NCBI GenBank assembly: GCA_041648575.1
Contig: JBAZOT010000006.1
Span: 11,893 to 75,892 of the forward strand
Direction of reading: 5' to 3'
Length of the DNA: 64,000 bases
Source of the DNA: Patescibacteria group bacterium
GTDB taxonomy: Bacteria; Patescibacteriota; Patescibacteriia; Veblenbacterales; UBA10138
Part shown: one piece after another, positions 9,291 to 19,993 of the stretch
Layout: every line of letters begins with the position of its first letter
How positions within the stretch are numbered: the first letter of the stretch is position 1
Made by a program: the position numbers and the translations under genes
The notes under the pieces: model-generated
Databases searched by the model: none
What the model was told of the DNA's origin: nothing
What the model saw: the letters and a program-made list of their open reading frames with translations, nothing else

Positions 9291-12200
9291 TTAATCCACC
9301 ATGGGTAATTTAGGCGGCGGTTCAGCTTTATTATGCACCACTACCCCTCCAGCAATATAAGTATGATAGGAGTTAACCTCTAGGTTATAAACCTGAACTA
9401 CTTTTTTAACTATTTCTATAGAAGTAATCTTTTCCGGTTTACCTTGGAAATTAAGTAGTTTGTCTCCCATCTTTAACTGGCCTATCTCTACCCATTGGCC
9501 ATCTGAATAAACAAGGTGATTGGCAGTTACCTCTAACTGACCATTGATAATTAAGTATTGATCGGTAGTATGTTTAAAAACCTTTCCTACCTTATCTGGT
9601 TTCAACTCTTTGGTGATTTCACTAAAGGCTAGTATAGTATCGCCTACCTGTACTTGTTCAATTGGTTTAGTGGTGCCATCAACCATTAAAATAGGGGTAC
9701 TAGAAAGGAAACAGGTATATCCTTTAGCTACAGAAATGGTTATAGTTTGAGAGCTTGCGCTACCTGCATTATCCGTGGCATTAAAAATAACAGAATATTT
9801 TCCAGCAGTAGTTGGCGTCCAAGTAAAGGTACGGACAATAGAATCAGTTCCACTAATAGGCTCAGATAAAGTAGCACCAGGAGGAAGTTGGGAAGTGGTA
9901 ATTTGTATAAGTTTACCTGGAAACTCTGCCCTTACATCAAAATTCAGACCTTCCCGTTCGGTTGTTGACTTATTACCAATAGGGTAAAAGTATAGCTGAT
10001 TAAGGACATTAATAGTAACATTTTGACTAGTATGATTTCCATAACTATCCGTTACTGAGAAAATTAGGTCATGCAGTCCAATGTCAGTACTAGTGGGACG
10101 CCAACTAAATATATGAGTAGCGGAGTTAAAACTTGCTCCCGGGGGTAATAAATCTACTGAATAGGTTAAAGCATCACCTTCTGGGTCGCTGGCATTTACA
10201 GTTATGGATAAGGTATCACCAAAATTAATGGATTTGTCACTTATTAGTGTGATGTAAGGCGATTGATTCCCTGGAAGCTCACTGAAATAAATATCCCAGT
10301 TGCCATTACGATTATCCTGCCAGACAATACCATAAGGAGAAATAGCCGGGTACGTTTCAGCATTCCAAGGGGGACCAAAAGTAACTTGTTGTTCTTGACC
10401 AGTGGCTAAATCATAAACATAAATATCCCAGCTGCCATTACGATTATCCTGCCAGACAATCCTGTTTCCTAAAATTACAGGATCGGTTTGGGCTTTGGTA
10501 TTAATAGTAATCTGCTGTTCAGTATCAGTTGCAATATCATACATATAAATATCTGCGTTACAGTCTGTGTCGCTCCATGGTGGCGAATAACACTCTCCAT
10601 TGCTATCATTACGAAGATCGCCCCAAACAACTCGTTGCTCAGAAGTAGAAACACCTTTACCACGGCCACTTTTATAAGGCTTAGCTCCTGATGCAATTTG
10701 TCGTTCCATATTGTTAGTAAGATTATAAATACCAAGTCGAGATTCGCTTAATGCATCAATATATTCTCTAAAAACAATAAATTTCTCCGAAACATCAGCA
10801 TGGAATATTGATCCGGGAACAGATTTGATTAGCCGTGACTTATCGTTGAGGTGATCGTAAAGATACAGATCCCTCTGTGCTGATATGCCACCATTATAAG
10901 TTAAATTATCACCTAAAACAGCTACAGAAGGATAACCCGGGTTAAATACATGTTCGACAAGTTGAGTAGCGAGATTATAAATCTTAATGGTATTATTTTC
11001 ATACCATGCAGCAATCTTATCCGAAATAGCGGGTGGATAGAGAGAAGTAGAGTCTGAAATAGTTTGTATTTTTTTCGAAAGAAGATCGTATAAATAAAAA
11101 TAACCTACAGAGTTGGTTGTAAACTCCGCAAAGACAATTTTCCCTAGAGAGGAAATTTTAGGAAATTGTTGATGTCTTGTGTTGGAGGTTATCCGGATAC
11201 TATCATCAAAGTAAAGAGTTTTGATGTCCTGAAACTGGTAACCGTCCTGTGTAGTAACCACTAATTTTATGACGTACTCTCCGGGAAGCAAGGCCTCTAT
11301 ATTCCAGTTGTTTACCAATATACCATTATTTACCGGAGTAAATATCGGATCATTAATGGGTAACCAATCTACCGGTGCCTTGCCTGCACCCCAAAAAAGT
11401 TGGTAATTTAAAAAGGTACTGCCAAAGGCATTTCCGCGAATTGGTAAAGAGGTTACATCGCTTTTCATCAGGATGGATTCAGAGATAGGGCTGGAGATAC
11501 TGGCATAAGATACTTGATTTAGGCCTAGTGCCCTTGATAGATTAATTAATCCCCCGCCGGTATATACGTCAAAGCCAGGAGTAGCTAAATCATCAGCTGA
11601 GCCACGCAACACCTGCCGAATATCCTCATTGGTAAAAGAGGATTTCTGGACTAAAATTAAAGCCGCTGCTCCTGCCACATGAGGAGCGGCCATACTAGTA
11701 CCACTGGACCGGTAGTATTGAGCATTGACATCAAACGCCGGTACGAAATTTGCTCCATTTGTATAACCACGAGCTCCTTTATACATATCGGTGCCAGCTG
11801 CTCTTAAAGAGAGAATTTGCACTCCGGGTGCCGCCACATCAATTTTATCTCCCCAATTTGAAAAATAGGCGCGGGCATTTTCGTTGTCTGTTGCAGCTAC
11901 AGTTATCACTTGTGGCAGCTTTGCCGGAAAGAAATAATTAACATCCAAATTACTGTTTCCAGCCGCCGCAACTAAAATTACGCCTTGTGAGTAAGCATAC
12001 TCAACTGCCGCAGCAATCAACTGGGAATTACCTTGCCCGCCCCAGCTCATATTGATAACATCTGCCCCGTTATCAGCCGCATAAGTAATTGTCTCGGCAA
12101 GGGCATTATCATATCCACTACCACTACCATCTAATCCCTTTACCGGCATTATCTTGCAGCCAGGACATACACCCGCAACGCCTAGGTTATTATCGGTTTT

Positions 12201-13187
12201 TGCAGCAATAGTTCCAGCTACGTGAGTACCATGGCCATTATCATCCATTGGATTGTTACTGTTGTTAACAAAATTATAACCGCTAATATCATCAACATAG
12301 CCATTACCATCATCATCAATATTATTATCAGGGACTTCCCCAAGATTATTCCAAATATTATCCTGTATATCCGGATGATTATAATCAACACCTGTATCAG
12401 AGACGGCTACGATAATATTAGAACCGCCACTAGTGACAGCCCAGGCTTCTTCCATTTTAATCTTCTCTAATCCCCAAAGATTAGAATAAGATTGCCCCCA
12501 AGCACCGGCTAACCAAGTTCCTTTTTGATTTGGGTCTACATAGGTATCATTAGGCAACGTAAATACAGTAGCTATATAATTAGGTTCACAATACTCTACA
12601 TTAGGATCTTTTTTATATTCCTCACAGATAGCCTGTATATCGGCACTCTTGTCTTCTAATTCCAACTTATAAATATTTGTCAAATTGGGAACCTTGGCAT
12701 TTTTAGGAGCACGCTTAGCTCTTTGAGAAAAATTAGCTTTGGTTTCAGTAAAAAGCTGTTTATAAGACTTATTAGTTTGCAGCTGTTTGTCTTTCAGTTC
12801 TTTAAATACTGGGGCTATATCTTTAACCTTATATTTAACATTGAGGGTATTAACAGATGACAAGCCAGTGCGACTGGGGCTTAGTTTCATAGTTTGAGAA
12901 TTTAGATTACGATCAATTGAAGCAGCATTCTTCTCTTTAAATTTAATAATGATTTCTCCTGGAACATTAGTAGCTTTATCCTGCGAGGTGTAAGTGCTAT
13001 CCACAAACGGTCCGGCATATACTAAAGAGTTAACTGGGATTCCGGCACGGGGAAGAATATTACTTAATTTTGTTACTACTAAAGTAGCAGCCAAAGCAGT
13101 GCTAACCAAAAAAACCATGACTGCTACGGCCACTACGGTATGGGTATCAATTTTTGTAGCAACTTTTTGAGGAGTTATGGTTATCAT
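9291..13187 (-). CDS. secreted S8 subtilisin-like protease with prodomain, beta-propeller repeats, Ig-like domains and C-terminal Hint domain
   Basis: Triad motifs VAVSDTGVD, HGTHVAG, SGTSMAAPHVAG; WQDNRNG repeats; DPEGDALTYS Ig repeat; CFLSSTPILMVDG...TANH...YIAGGVVVHN. Confidence 0.9.
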   Translation of the reverse strand: MITITPQKVATKIDTHTVVAVAVMVFLVSTALAATLVVTKLSNILPRAGIPVNSLVYAGPFVDSTYTSQDKATNVPGEIIIKFKEKNAASIDRNLNSQTMKLSPSRTGLSSVNTLNVKYKVKDIAPVFKELKDKQLQTNKSYKQLFTETKANFSQRAKRAPKNAKVPNLTNIYKLELEDKSADIQAICEEYKKDPNVEYCEPNYIATVFTLPNDTYVDPNQKGTWLAGAWGQSYSNLWGLEKIKMEEAWAVTSGGSNIIVAVSDTGVDYNHPDIQDNIWNNLGEVPDNNIDDDGNGYVDDISGYNFVNNSNNPMDDNGHGTHVAGTIAAKTDNNLGVAGVCPGCKIMPVKGLDGSGSGYDNALAETITYAADNGADVINMSWGGQGNSQLIAAAVEYAYSQGVILVAAAGNSNLDVNYFFPAKLPQVITVAATDNENARAYFSNWGDKIDVAAPGVQILSLRAAGTDMYKGARGYTNGANFVPAFDVNAQYYRSSGTSMAAPHVAGAAALILVQKSSFTNEDIRQVLRGSADDLATPGFDVYTGGGLINLSRALGLNQVSYASISSPISESILMKSDVTSLPIRGNAFGSTFLNYQLFWGAGKAPVDWLPINDPIFTPVNNGILVNNWNIEALLPGEYVIKLVVTTQDGYQFQDIKTLYFDDSIRITSNTRHQQFPKISSLGKIVFAEFTTNSVGYFYLYDLLSKKIQTISDSTSLYPPAISDKIAAWYENNTIKIYNLATQLVEHVFNPGYPSVAVLGDNLTYNGGISAQRDLYLYDHLNDKSRLIKSVPGSIFHADVSEKFIVFREYIDALSESRLGIYNLTNNMERQIASGAKPYKSGRGKGVSTSEQRVVWGDLRNDSNGECYSPPWSDTDCNADIYMYDIATDTEQQITINTKAQTDPVILGNRIVWQDNRNGSWDIYVYDLATGQEQQVTFGPPWNAETYPAISPYGIVWQDNRNGNWDIYFSELPGNQSPYITLISDKSINFGDTLSITVNASDPEGDALTYSVDLLPPGASFNSATHIFSWRPTSTDIGLHDLIFSVTDSYGNHTSQNVTINVLNQLYFYPIGNKSTTEREGLNFDVRAEFPGKLIQITTSQLPPGATLSEPISGTDSIVRTFTWTPTTAGKYSVIFNATDNAGSASSQTITISVAKGYTCFLSSTPILMVDGTTKPIEQVQVGDTILAFSEITKELKPDKVGKVFKHTTDQYLIINGQLEVTANHLVYSDGQWVEIGQLKMGDKLLNFQGKPEKITSIEIVKKVVQVYNLEVNSYHTYIAGGVVVHNKAEPPPKLPMVD

Positions 13188-13360
13188 ACATTTAATTAAT
13201 AGTAATTAAACAGATTATATTAAATTTTAACTAATATGATATTAATAATAACATAAAATTACACTTTTTGCAAGTTTACGGTTTATTTGTAAAAAAATAA
13301 TAATTTTATCAAACTAAAAAACCCACGAATGAAACCATTCACTTGCTCTAAAGGCCATCA

Positions 13361-14140
13361 CTACCCCCACCACACTACTGTATTATTTAACCTTTTAATA
13401 CCTACAACTATACCTATTAATATAGCTATGCCAATTAATAAAGCCAGGCTGTAGCTAATAAGCGGAGCAAAAAAATTAAGCGCGCCAGCCAGCCAATTGG
13501 TTATTATTCCACCCAGTGATTGCCCAACCAATTCTGCACCAAAAACAATTAATATCACCAGCAAACTCATAGCAGTTAACCCGGCTGCAGTGTGACCTAA
13601 ATCATGATTAGACGGCGCCAAATGAGCGCCAATGGCTATGGCTAAATATAAAAACAGCCAAGTCTGCCAAGCGGTAAATGCTAAAGCTTGCCAAAATAAA
13701 ACTACAAAACTCCACCAAGCAGTAAAATAATTAAGGCTGATCGTTAAAAAATTAACGTCTGGTGCAATTAATACCGACGGAGCCTCAAGAGGAATTGCCG
13801 GGACCAACAATATTGCCAATACCCATAAAATAAACGATCCGCCTAAAAAAGGAAAAATTGAAATTAATACCAGCGTTGCAGGATTGCCAGTTGCTTTATG
13901 AATTACCGAACCCAAAACACTTCCACCACTGGCAGTTTTAGGCAACAAACTAAAACCAGTAACTTTGGTAAAAGTTAGTAGCGCACCTAATAAATGTGAT
14001 AATTCATGAATCACAACTCCTGGCCACAGCAATATTTGATACCAGCGTTGAGAAAGAATAAAAGACAACCAATAATTAACCAAGCGGGATAATAATAAAA
14101 CGCCTAATAACATTATTAAAAACGAGAGCAACAAAATCAT
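13361..14140 (-). CDS. M50-like membrane metalloprotease
   Basis: PGVVIHELSH (HExxH) within a hydrophobic protein; APSxxD. Confidence 0.7.
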   Translation of the reverse strand: MILLLSFLIMLLGVLLLSRLVNYWLSFILSQRWYQILLWPGVVIHELSHLLGALLTFTKVTGFSLLPKTASGGSVLGSVIHKATGNPATLVLISIFPFLGGSFILWVLAILLVPAIPLEAPSVLIAPDVNFLTISLNYFTAWWSFVVLFWQALAFTAWQTWLFLYLAIAIGAHLAPSNHDLGHTAAGLTAMSLLVILIVFGAELVGQSLGGIITNWLAGALNFFAPLISYSLALLIGIAILIGIVVGIKRLNNTVVWWG

Positions 14141-14148
14141 AAAAAATT

Positions 14149-15135
14149 TTATTGGTTAAAAATTAACTTGGCCTCATTCCATAAACTATCATCACCCAGT
14201 ACTTTGGCCTGATACCACCACTCTACTCCCCACAAGTAAGCCTCGCGTAATCCGGTGCCGCGAAAAAATTCAATATTATCACGAAAACGTTTAAGATCAA
14301 AAGATTGTTGTGCTACCTCAAGCGACATTTTATCTAAACCAACTGGTCCCCAAGGCTCCATTTGTAATTCTGAAATAATTGTATAATCTACAAACGGCGA
14401 AATTAAGGCTGATTTAAAACGATAAATCCAGCGCGGTATTGGATAATACCAATAACCATAACCATCATTCCATGTAACTTGATACAAAGTTACTCCTTGA
14501 ATATCTGCCAATCCCGCAGTTTCCCACCAAGAAGACAATTCGCCCGAATCAGTAATTAATACTGGACGGGAATCAAGCGACTTAAGCATAGCCAATTCTT
14601 TTTGTAAAAAATGCAAATTGAGTTTGGTACAATCACCAAAAGCAAACAGCGGTTCGTTTTCCAACTGCCAGCGCTTAATAGTAGAATTTTCTTTAAAATT
14701 CAAGATCGTCGCCTGCAACATATCGAGCACCCGGTCTTCAATTTCCCAAACGGGTAAACTTGCCGCCCAATTTGGAATATGACATTCTGGCCAACGCGGT
14801 AATTTTTTTCCTATTGCCAAAGTTACTGTTACGTCGCGCTTATCTGCCTCGGCAATTTGCCAGTCGATATCAGTAAAATTATATACTCCTGATTGTGGTT
14901 CAATTTCATTCCAATTAGCCTGTAACCTTAAATTTTTAACTTGCAAATCGTCCAAGATCGCCAAATAAACTTCTTGCCAATTTAAATTTAAAGATTCTGC
15001 CTGACTCTTGGTAAAACTTACCCCCAAGTTTGGTTCGCTAACAAACGGTACTCTAGGTAACAGCAACCATCCGGCAATAGCTACAATCACCCAAAATGAT
15101 ATAAAAATATATAACCACTTCATATTATTAAACAA
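14149..15135 (-). CDS. clan GH-A glycoside hydrolase-like protein (GH42/GH5-like)
   Basis: WNEIEPQSGVYNFTDIDW, WQLENEP, SELQMEPW, LWGVEWW. Confidence 0.7.
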   Translation of the reverse strand: MFNNMKWLYIFISFWVIVAIAGWLLLPRVPFVSEPNLGVSFTKSQAESLNLNWQEVYLAILDDLQVKNLRLQANWNEIEPQSGVYNFTDIDWQIAEADKRDVTVTLAIGKKLPRWPECHIPNWAASLPVWEIEDRVLDMLQATILNFKENSTIKRWQLENEPLFAFGDCTKLNLHFLQKELAMLKSLDSRPVLITDSGELSSWWETAGLADIQGVTLYQVTWNDGYGYWYYPIPRWIYRFKSALISPFVDYTIISELQMEPWGPVGLDKMSLEVAQQSFDLKRFRDNIEFFRGTGLREAYLWGVEWWYQAKVLGDDSLWNEAKLIFNQ

Positions 15136-16012
15136 AAGCTAAAATACTTAAACCACCGCCAATAAATATAATGGCTGTTAGCTTGCGCGCCAACACTGAT
15201 CCGGAAAATTCTTCTGATAACAATTTAGGCCACTTCCAGGAAAACATCATTACTAAAAATAATAAAAATACATACTGCAAACCCTGCAAGGCGTTGACTA
15301 AACTAACGCTACCCAAAGAAATGGCATAATTTACTACTAAGGCAGATAAAGCAGCAGATATCTGACCACAGACAAAGGCAAATTTCGCTGCTGGCTTAGT
15401 AGAAAAACTTTGTTTAATTGCCGGAATGGTAGAGGGAATAAATAATAAAGGAAGAGCAAAAGCAAAAGCTGCTATTCTAATCCAAATTAGTCCATTGATA
15501 AATTCGGTAACGGCAAAAACTTGCTTGCTTAATGTATAAAACAAGGCAAAACTCAAAGCCGACGCCAAGGCGGTGTACTTGGCGTGATTGGATAAGCCAC
15601 CACGGCCGCTAACAATTAAAAAACCGCCCAAAACCAAAAAAGCAAAAGCCATGATTTCATAACGACTTAAAGACTCATTAATTAAAAAATAAGACGCGAT
15701 TAATACAAAAATTGGACTCCAGGCGCCAATAAATGAAGTAACGCGCGAAGCCTCGCCTTTTTGTAAAGAAATAAATAACAACCACAAAGCAATGGTAAAG
15801 CATAATCCTGCGGCTAGACTTAAAAACCATGGCCATACTCCTGGAAAATAAAATCCCCAAGGTGCTAGAATAAAAACCAACAAACCCAAGGTGCAAATAG
15901 TAATAACATAAGCCGCTGGTTTAGTTACGGTTTTGGTATAAAACAAAGACTTATCAATTAATACCGCTATGGCATTAAAAAAATAAGCAATTACTGTCCA
16001 AATAAGCCACAT
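15128..16012 (-). CDS. EamA/DMT family transporter
   Basis: 10-TM duplicated architecture, GEASRV...E.LS motif. Confidence 0.8.
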   Translation of the reverse strand: MWLIWTVIAYFFNAIAVLIDKSLFYTKTVTKPAAYVITICTLGLLVFILAPWGFYFPGVWPWFLSLAAGLCFTIALWLLFISLQKGEASRVTSFIGAWSPIFVLIASYFLINESLSRYEIMAFAFLVLGGFLIVSGRGGLSNHAKYTALASALSFALFYTLSKQVFAVTEFINGLIWIRIAAFAFALPLLFIPSTIPAIKQSFSTKPAAKFAFVCGQISAALSALVVNYAISLGSVSLVNALQGLQYVFLLFLVMMFSWKWPKLLSEEFSGSVLARKLTAIIFIGGGLSILAFV

Positions 16013-16015
16013 AAA

Positions 16016-16945
16016 TTAATAAAAAATTTGTAAGCTAACAAATATCAAATAAATAATTAACAAAATAATTCCTTCTTTAACTGATAAAACCGCTTTAGTT
16101 CTAATAAAAATATTAAATAACAATATTAAGGTAAATAAAAAAACTGCTGCTAATAAAACTACTCCACGATCAGTTAACCAATAATTACTACCAATACCTA
16201 CTACACCAAGAATAAAAGTGTTGGCGGCGGCGCTACCTAGTAAATCGCCCAGAACCAACTTTTGCGCTCCGGTTTTTCTAGCTTTAATTACCAAGCTTAT
16301 TTCGGGCAAGTTTGTACCAATACCTAAAACCAAAACGCCCAAAATTATGGGTGTGACGCCTAATTGTTGAGCAATATCAACACTTACTTTTACAATATAG
16401 TGAGACGCTGCCAACAAACCAATTAATCCCAATCCGCCACCAAGTATCAAATGTTTTAAAGTCCAGCGCTTTTCGTCTAACGTTCTCAACACCACTTCTA
16501 CGCGATAACGATACAAATACAACAAATATGATAAATATAAAATTACCAATAGCCAGCCTTCTAACTTTGAAAAATGACCATCAAGCAACAAAAAAACCGG
16601 CGCTGCTATCAACACGCTGCCGATTATTAAATCACGTGATCTTAATGAGTGGCTTAAAAAAATTCCCCGCTGCACTACCGCTGCCAAACCAACAATCAAT
16701 GATAATAATACTAAACTAGCGCCTAGTAAATTACCGATAGACAATCCCGGCGTCTGATTGATAAGTGAATTAATAGCTACTGAAAGTTCAGGTAAAGAAG
16801 TGGCGAAACCAATAATTACAAAACCTAAAACAAATTCAGAAATATTAAATCTCCGTCCCAACTCCACAAAAGAGCGTATCACCCACTCGGCGGCGTAACT
16901 TAAAACAAATAACAGTAATAACAATAATACAATCTGGTCCCACAT
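16016..16945 (-). CDS. Na+/Ca2+ exchanger family (YrbG-like) antiporter
   Basis: two alpha repeats: ATSLPEL...GNLLGAS and GTNLPEI...GDLLGSAAAN. Confidence 0.85.
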   Translation of the reverse strand: MWDQIVLLLLLLFVLSYAAEWVIRSFVELGRRFNISEFVLGFVIIGFATSLPELSVAINSLINQTPGLSIGNLLGASLVLLSLIVGLAAVVQRGIFLSHSLRSRDLIIGSVLIAAPVFLLLDGHFSKLEGWLLVILYLSYLLYLYRYRVEVVLRTLDEKRWTLKHLILGGGLGLIGLLAASHYIVKVSVDIAQQLGVTPIILGVLVLGIGTNLPEISLVIKARKTGAQKLVLGDLLGSAAANTFILGVVGIGSNYWLTDRGVVLLAAVFLFTLILLFNIFIRTKAVLSVKEGIILLIIYLIFVSLQIFY

Positions 16946-16947
16946 AA

Positions 16948-18066
16948 TTACTTTGCTTTAGAAAAAATTAATGAATTTAATAATTGTTCAAATTGTTCAG
17001 TTGGCAATTCAGGATTTTGTTCAAAAATATAATACTGGTTGGCCTGCTCCTTATTTTTAATAACTGTGATTCGATGTTCTAAATTACACCAATTAGGTCG
17101 CATAGGTAATGCATCAACCTCACGTATTTTAACCTGATAATTAACACTCTCTTGCCCAGCATAATTAGCCTCGTTTTGTTCTAATACTTCAAACCTGCTA
17201 GGCACTTGAAAATTATCTGCTACTAACAGATAAATTAATATTTGTGACCGCTCTAACCCTGAACCATTACCTTGTAAGGAAAACAAATTTAGTAATTTTT
17301 CTTGTGGCAAATATTCCGCCTGCCAAAAAGCCGGATATTTAAATGACAATTTAAAATCAACCTCCTGCTCGAGTGGTGTAAGTGTTAATTCCCCCAACGC
17401 TGATGTTGGAAAATTGTATTTTTGAAAAAAATCAGTAGGATTCAACCAATTAACTAACTGCTCTGGTTTTGATACTTCCACACTCAAATTTATATCACTG
17501 CCTTGATATATACCAAAATGCAAATGACGATGCTGATTATCAGTATCATAAGAATAATCAGCCCCCAACATACCAATAATTTCTCCTTTGGCTATGGTAT
17601 CGCCAGTATTTTTAGCAATCGACGCTAGACGCAAATGGCCATAAATAGTTTTTAGCTCGCTTTGATCAATGAAATGTTTAATAACCACCAAACCACCATA
17701 ATTAGTAGTCCACTTTTTATAAATTATTTCACCATCAGCCACAGCCATTACTGAAATATCTCCTTTTTGCGATGCGTCTACTTCAATGTCATCACTAGTA
17801 TTATAACCCAGTTCTGGCTCGGTAACATATTGACCAAACACCTGCTTAGTTCGATTAGTAGCATAATTAGCTATCGGCAAAACCACTTCCGTTACCGGTA
17901 ATTCGCTGACCAGGACTGACTCCTGATTAGTGCCGTCATTATTATTGGTAGCAGCTATTTTTACTAATTGTGATTTATTAATCCAAGCAACAACCAGCAG
18001 TAAAGGAATAATTATGATGACTAATAAATTGGAAAGTTTAAACCATTTTTTTGTGTTGAATAGCAT
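16948..18066 (-). CDS. M23 peptidase-like protein with C-terminal PsbP-like domain
   Basis: AVADGEII, YGGLVVIKH, TIYGHL, HLHFGIY; first Zn ligand motif degenerate (YNTSDD). Confidence 0.75.
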   Translation of the reverse strand: MLFNTKKWFKLSNLLVIIIIPLLLVVAWINKSQLVKIAATNNNDGTNQESVLVSELPVTEVVLPIANYATNRTKQVFGQYVTEPELGYNTSDDIEVDASQKGDISVMAVADGEIIYKKWTTNYGGLVVIKHFIDQSELKTIYGHLRLASIAKNTGDTIAKGEIIGMLGADYSYDTDNQHRHLHFGIYQGSDINLSVEVSKPEQLVNWLNPTDFFQKYNFPTSALGELTLTPLEQEVDFKLSFKYPAFWQAEYLPQEKLLNLFSLQGNGSGLERSQILIYLLVADNFQVPSRFEVLEQNEANYAGQESVNYQVKIREVDALPMRPNWCNLEHRITVIKNKEQANQYYIFEQNPELPTEQFEQLLNSLIFSKAK

Positions 18067-18076
18067 AACTTATCAA

Positions 18077-19681
18077 CTAAAAAATCTCCTCTTTTTTTTC
18101 CCGCAAAAAGGCAAACCACTTGTCTAAAAATTTAAGAATGACTTTAAATGGTAATTCAATAAAAAAATCTAATAAGACTACGAAAATATTAATCTTATCA
18201 AAAGTAGTAGACAGCCAACGCCCAAACCAAACCATAGGTAAACTAATAACATCTAAAATAAAGGTAAAAATATTAGTTTTGCCAGGCACCACTTTTAAAG
18301 TATTTACCTGCTGTCTTAAACTAACTCCAAAAAAACTAACTAAACTTACAAAGAAGACAAATAATGCTCCGCTTAAAATATTAAAATCCAACTTATGCAA
18401 AACAAAAACAATTAAACCAAATGAAGCAATAAAAGTGACCACTGAAAGTATGCCAAATCCGATCTTTGCCAACATTACAGAGGCATGTTTACGGGGAAAC
18501 GGAATTTTTAAAAATATCTGCTCTTCGGACCCATATAAAATCTCTTTCATCCCTTTTACTAATTTTTCAATACTTTGCCTTCCTGGTGAAGTAATAAATA
18601 TAGTTATTAGCAACATTAATAAAGGTGGCACTAGTAAATTAATAATCAATGCCACTTTATTAATTGAGCCCAAAACATATTTTTCATAAGGTAATTCAAC
18701 AACAATAGCTAACACCATTTTGGTAAGAAAAATGTAAGCCATAGCGTGCAAACCTTTGCGCCTTATTTTCATTCTTAATTTAGTATAATAATCACTATAA
18801 GACTCCTGAGTTTGTCTGCTAATTCTCTCCGGATTAGTTAACAACTCTCCTAAATCCTGATAACCATGACTTCTGATTACATTTCTTAAAACAATAAATG
18901 GTACAAGTGCTTTTCTGGCAATAGATTGCAGACGGGAAGCTAATGGGTAGGATAATTGTTTTTGAATATCCTGATAACACTGCAACCACTGATTTGTTGA
19001 TAATTTAATATCAACCGGGCCTCTAAACCAATCTGAAAACAAGTGTTTAACTAAATGATAAGATAAAATATCAGCATCAGCTTTTTCTAAAATCCGCTGA
19101 ATAGCTATTACTAATTGACGCCGATACACCTGATCATTAGGTTCACGGCTAACTTGCTTAAAAACCGGCTGCAACAATTTATAAGCGTAAGCAGTTAAAG
19201 GATGTCTAATATGATCATCTACTAAGGAGTGTTCAATCTCCACTGCCTCAATGCCCAAAATCCATTTACGCATATCCGAGGTAAAACTGGCCTGACTTTT
19301 TAACTCTTGTATCAACTCACGATATTTACGAATCACTTTAGCAATCTCATCTGCTTTGGTTGTTGGCACTGTATTATTCGACAAATAACGCGATAACACT
19401 AATTCACGCAATAAATCCTGGGCATTGGTTTCGTCCTTAACTACCCCACTCAACATGGCCCACTGTCTTAACAAGCGCTTAATAGCATTCTTTCTTAATA
19501 ACACATCATCTTTATAATCAACAAGATTACGTAATTTCTCATACGCAAAAGCAGCAAATCCTACAAATTCATTTACCTGCAATTTATGTTTTGGTTCTTC
19601 TTGTTGTTGTTCTTTTTGCCAGGACAATTCCAAGCTACCTAAAAAATCCATTGCCTCCTCGCGTAAAATCGCTTTGGACAT
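18077..19681 (-). CDS. conserved hypothetical protein with C-terminal TM helices
   Basis: 534 aa; YEKLRNLVDYKDDVLLRKNAIKR N-terminal motif; several TM segments. Confidence 0.75.
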   Translation of the reverse strand: MSKAILREEAMDFLGSLELSWQKEQQQEEPKHKLQVNEFVGFAAFAYEKLRNLVDYKDDVLLRKNAIKRLLRQWAMLSGVVKDETNAQDLLRELVLSRYLSNNTVPTTKADEIAKVIRKYRELIQELKSQASFTSDMRKWILGIEAVEIEHSLVDDHIRHPLTAYAYKLLQPVFKQVSREPNDQVYRRQLVIAIQRILEKADADILSYHLVKHLFSDWFRGPVDIKLSTNQWLQCYQDIQKQLSYPLASRLQSIARKALVPFIVLRNVIRSHGYQDLGELLTNPERISRQTQESYSDYYTKLRMKIRRKGLHAMAYIFLTKMVLAIVVELPYEKYVLGSINKVALIINLLVPPLLMLLITIFITSPGRQSIEKLVKGMKEILYGSEEQIFLKIPFPRKHASVMLAKIGFGILSVVTFIASFGLIVFVLHKLDFNILSGALFVFFVSLVSFFGVSLRQQVNTLKVVPGKTNIFTFILDVISLPMVWFGRWLSTTFDKINIFVVLLDFFIELPFKVILKFLDKWFAFLREKKEEIF

Positions 19682-19993
19682 ATATCAAATTTATAAATAA
19701 AGAAAGTATTATAAAAGGCCTATTAATAATTCAGTAAAGAGTAATTAGGCCACAAACTAATTCTAGCAGAAAATGACTAAAAAATAAAGCCTTTAGGATT
19801 ATCATTATTTGGTAAATATTAACCACTACAACAGGATAAATTACTTGTCCTATCGTATATATCATCGGCGAAATCCCTGCCTACGGCAAGCAAGCGCTGA
19901 AGTCCCAACTTGTCGGGACGAAGGAGAATAAAACTCCATCTTACTGCTTAATGAACGAGCTTTGATAGCTGATGGTTGATAATTATCTGATAA

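Noticed and set aside
10300-10460. Direct repeat gccattacgattatcctgccagacaat (two copies)
   Set aside because: An intragenic beta-propeller repeat (IVWQDNRNG), not a DGR VR/TR pair; no reverse transcriptase in the window.
18120-18689. 189-aa plus-strand ORF, and similar antisense ORFs (e.g. 23578..24387, 63329..63781)
   Set aside because: They are shadows fully overlapping well-supported genes on the opposite strand.
19920-19980. Possible fluoride riboswitch (ggag...ctcc...gctgatg)
   Set aside because: It lacks the GATGG-type 5' motif and pseudoknot complement, and no suitable downstream gene lies on that strand.
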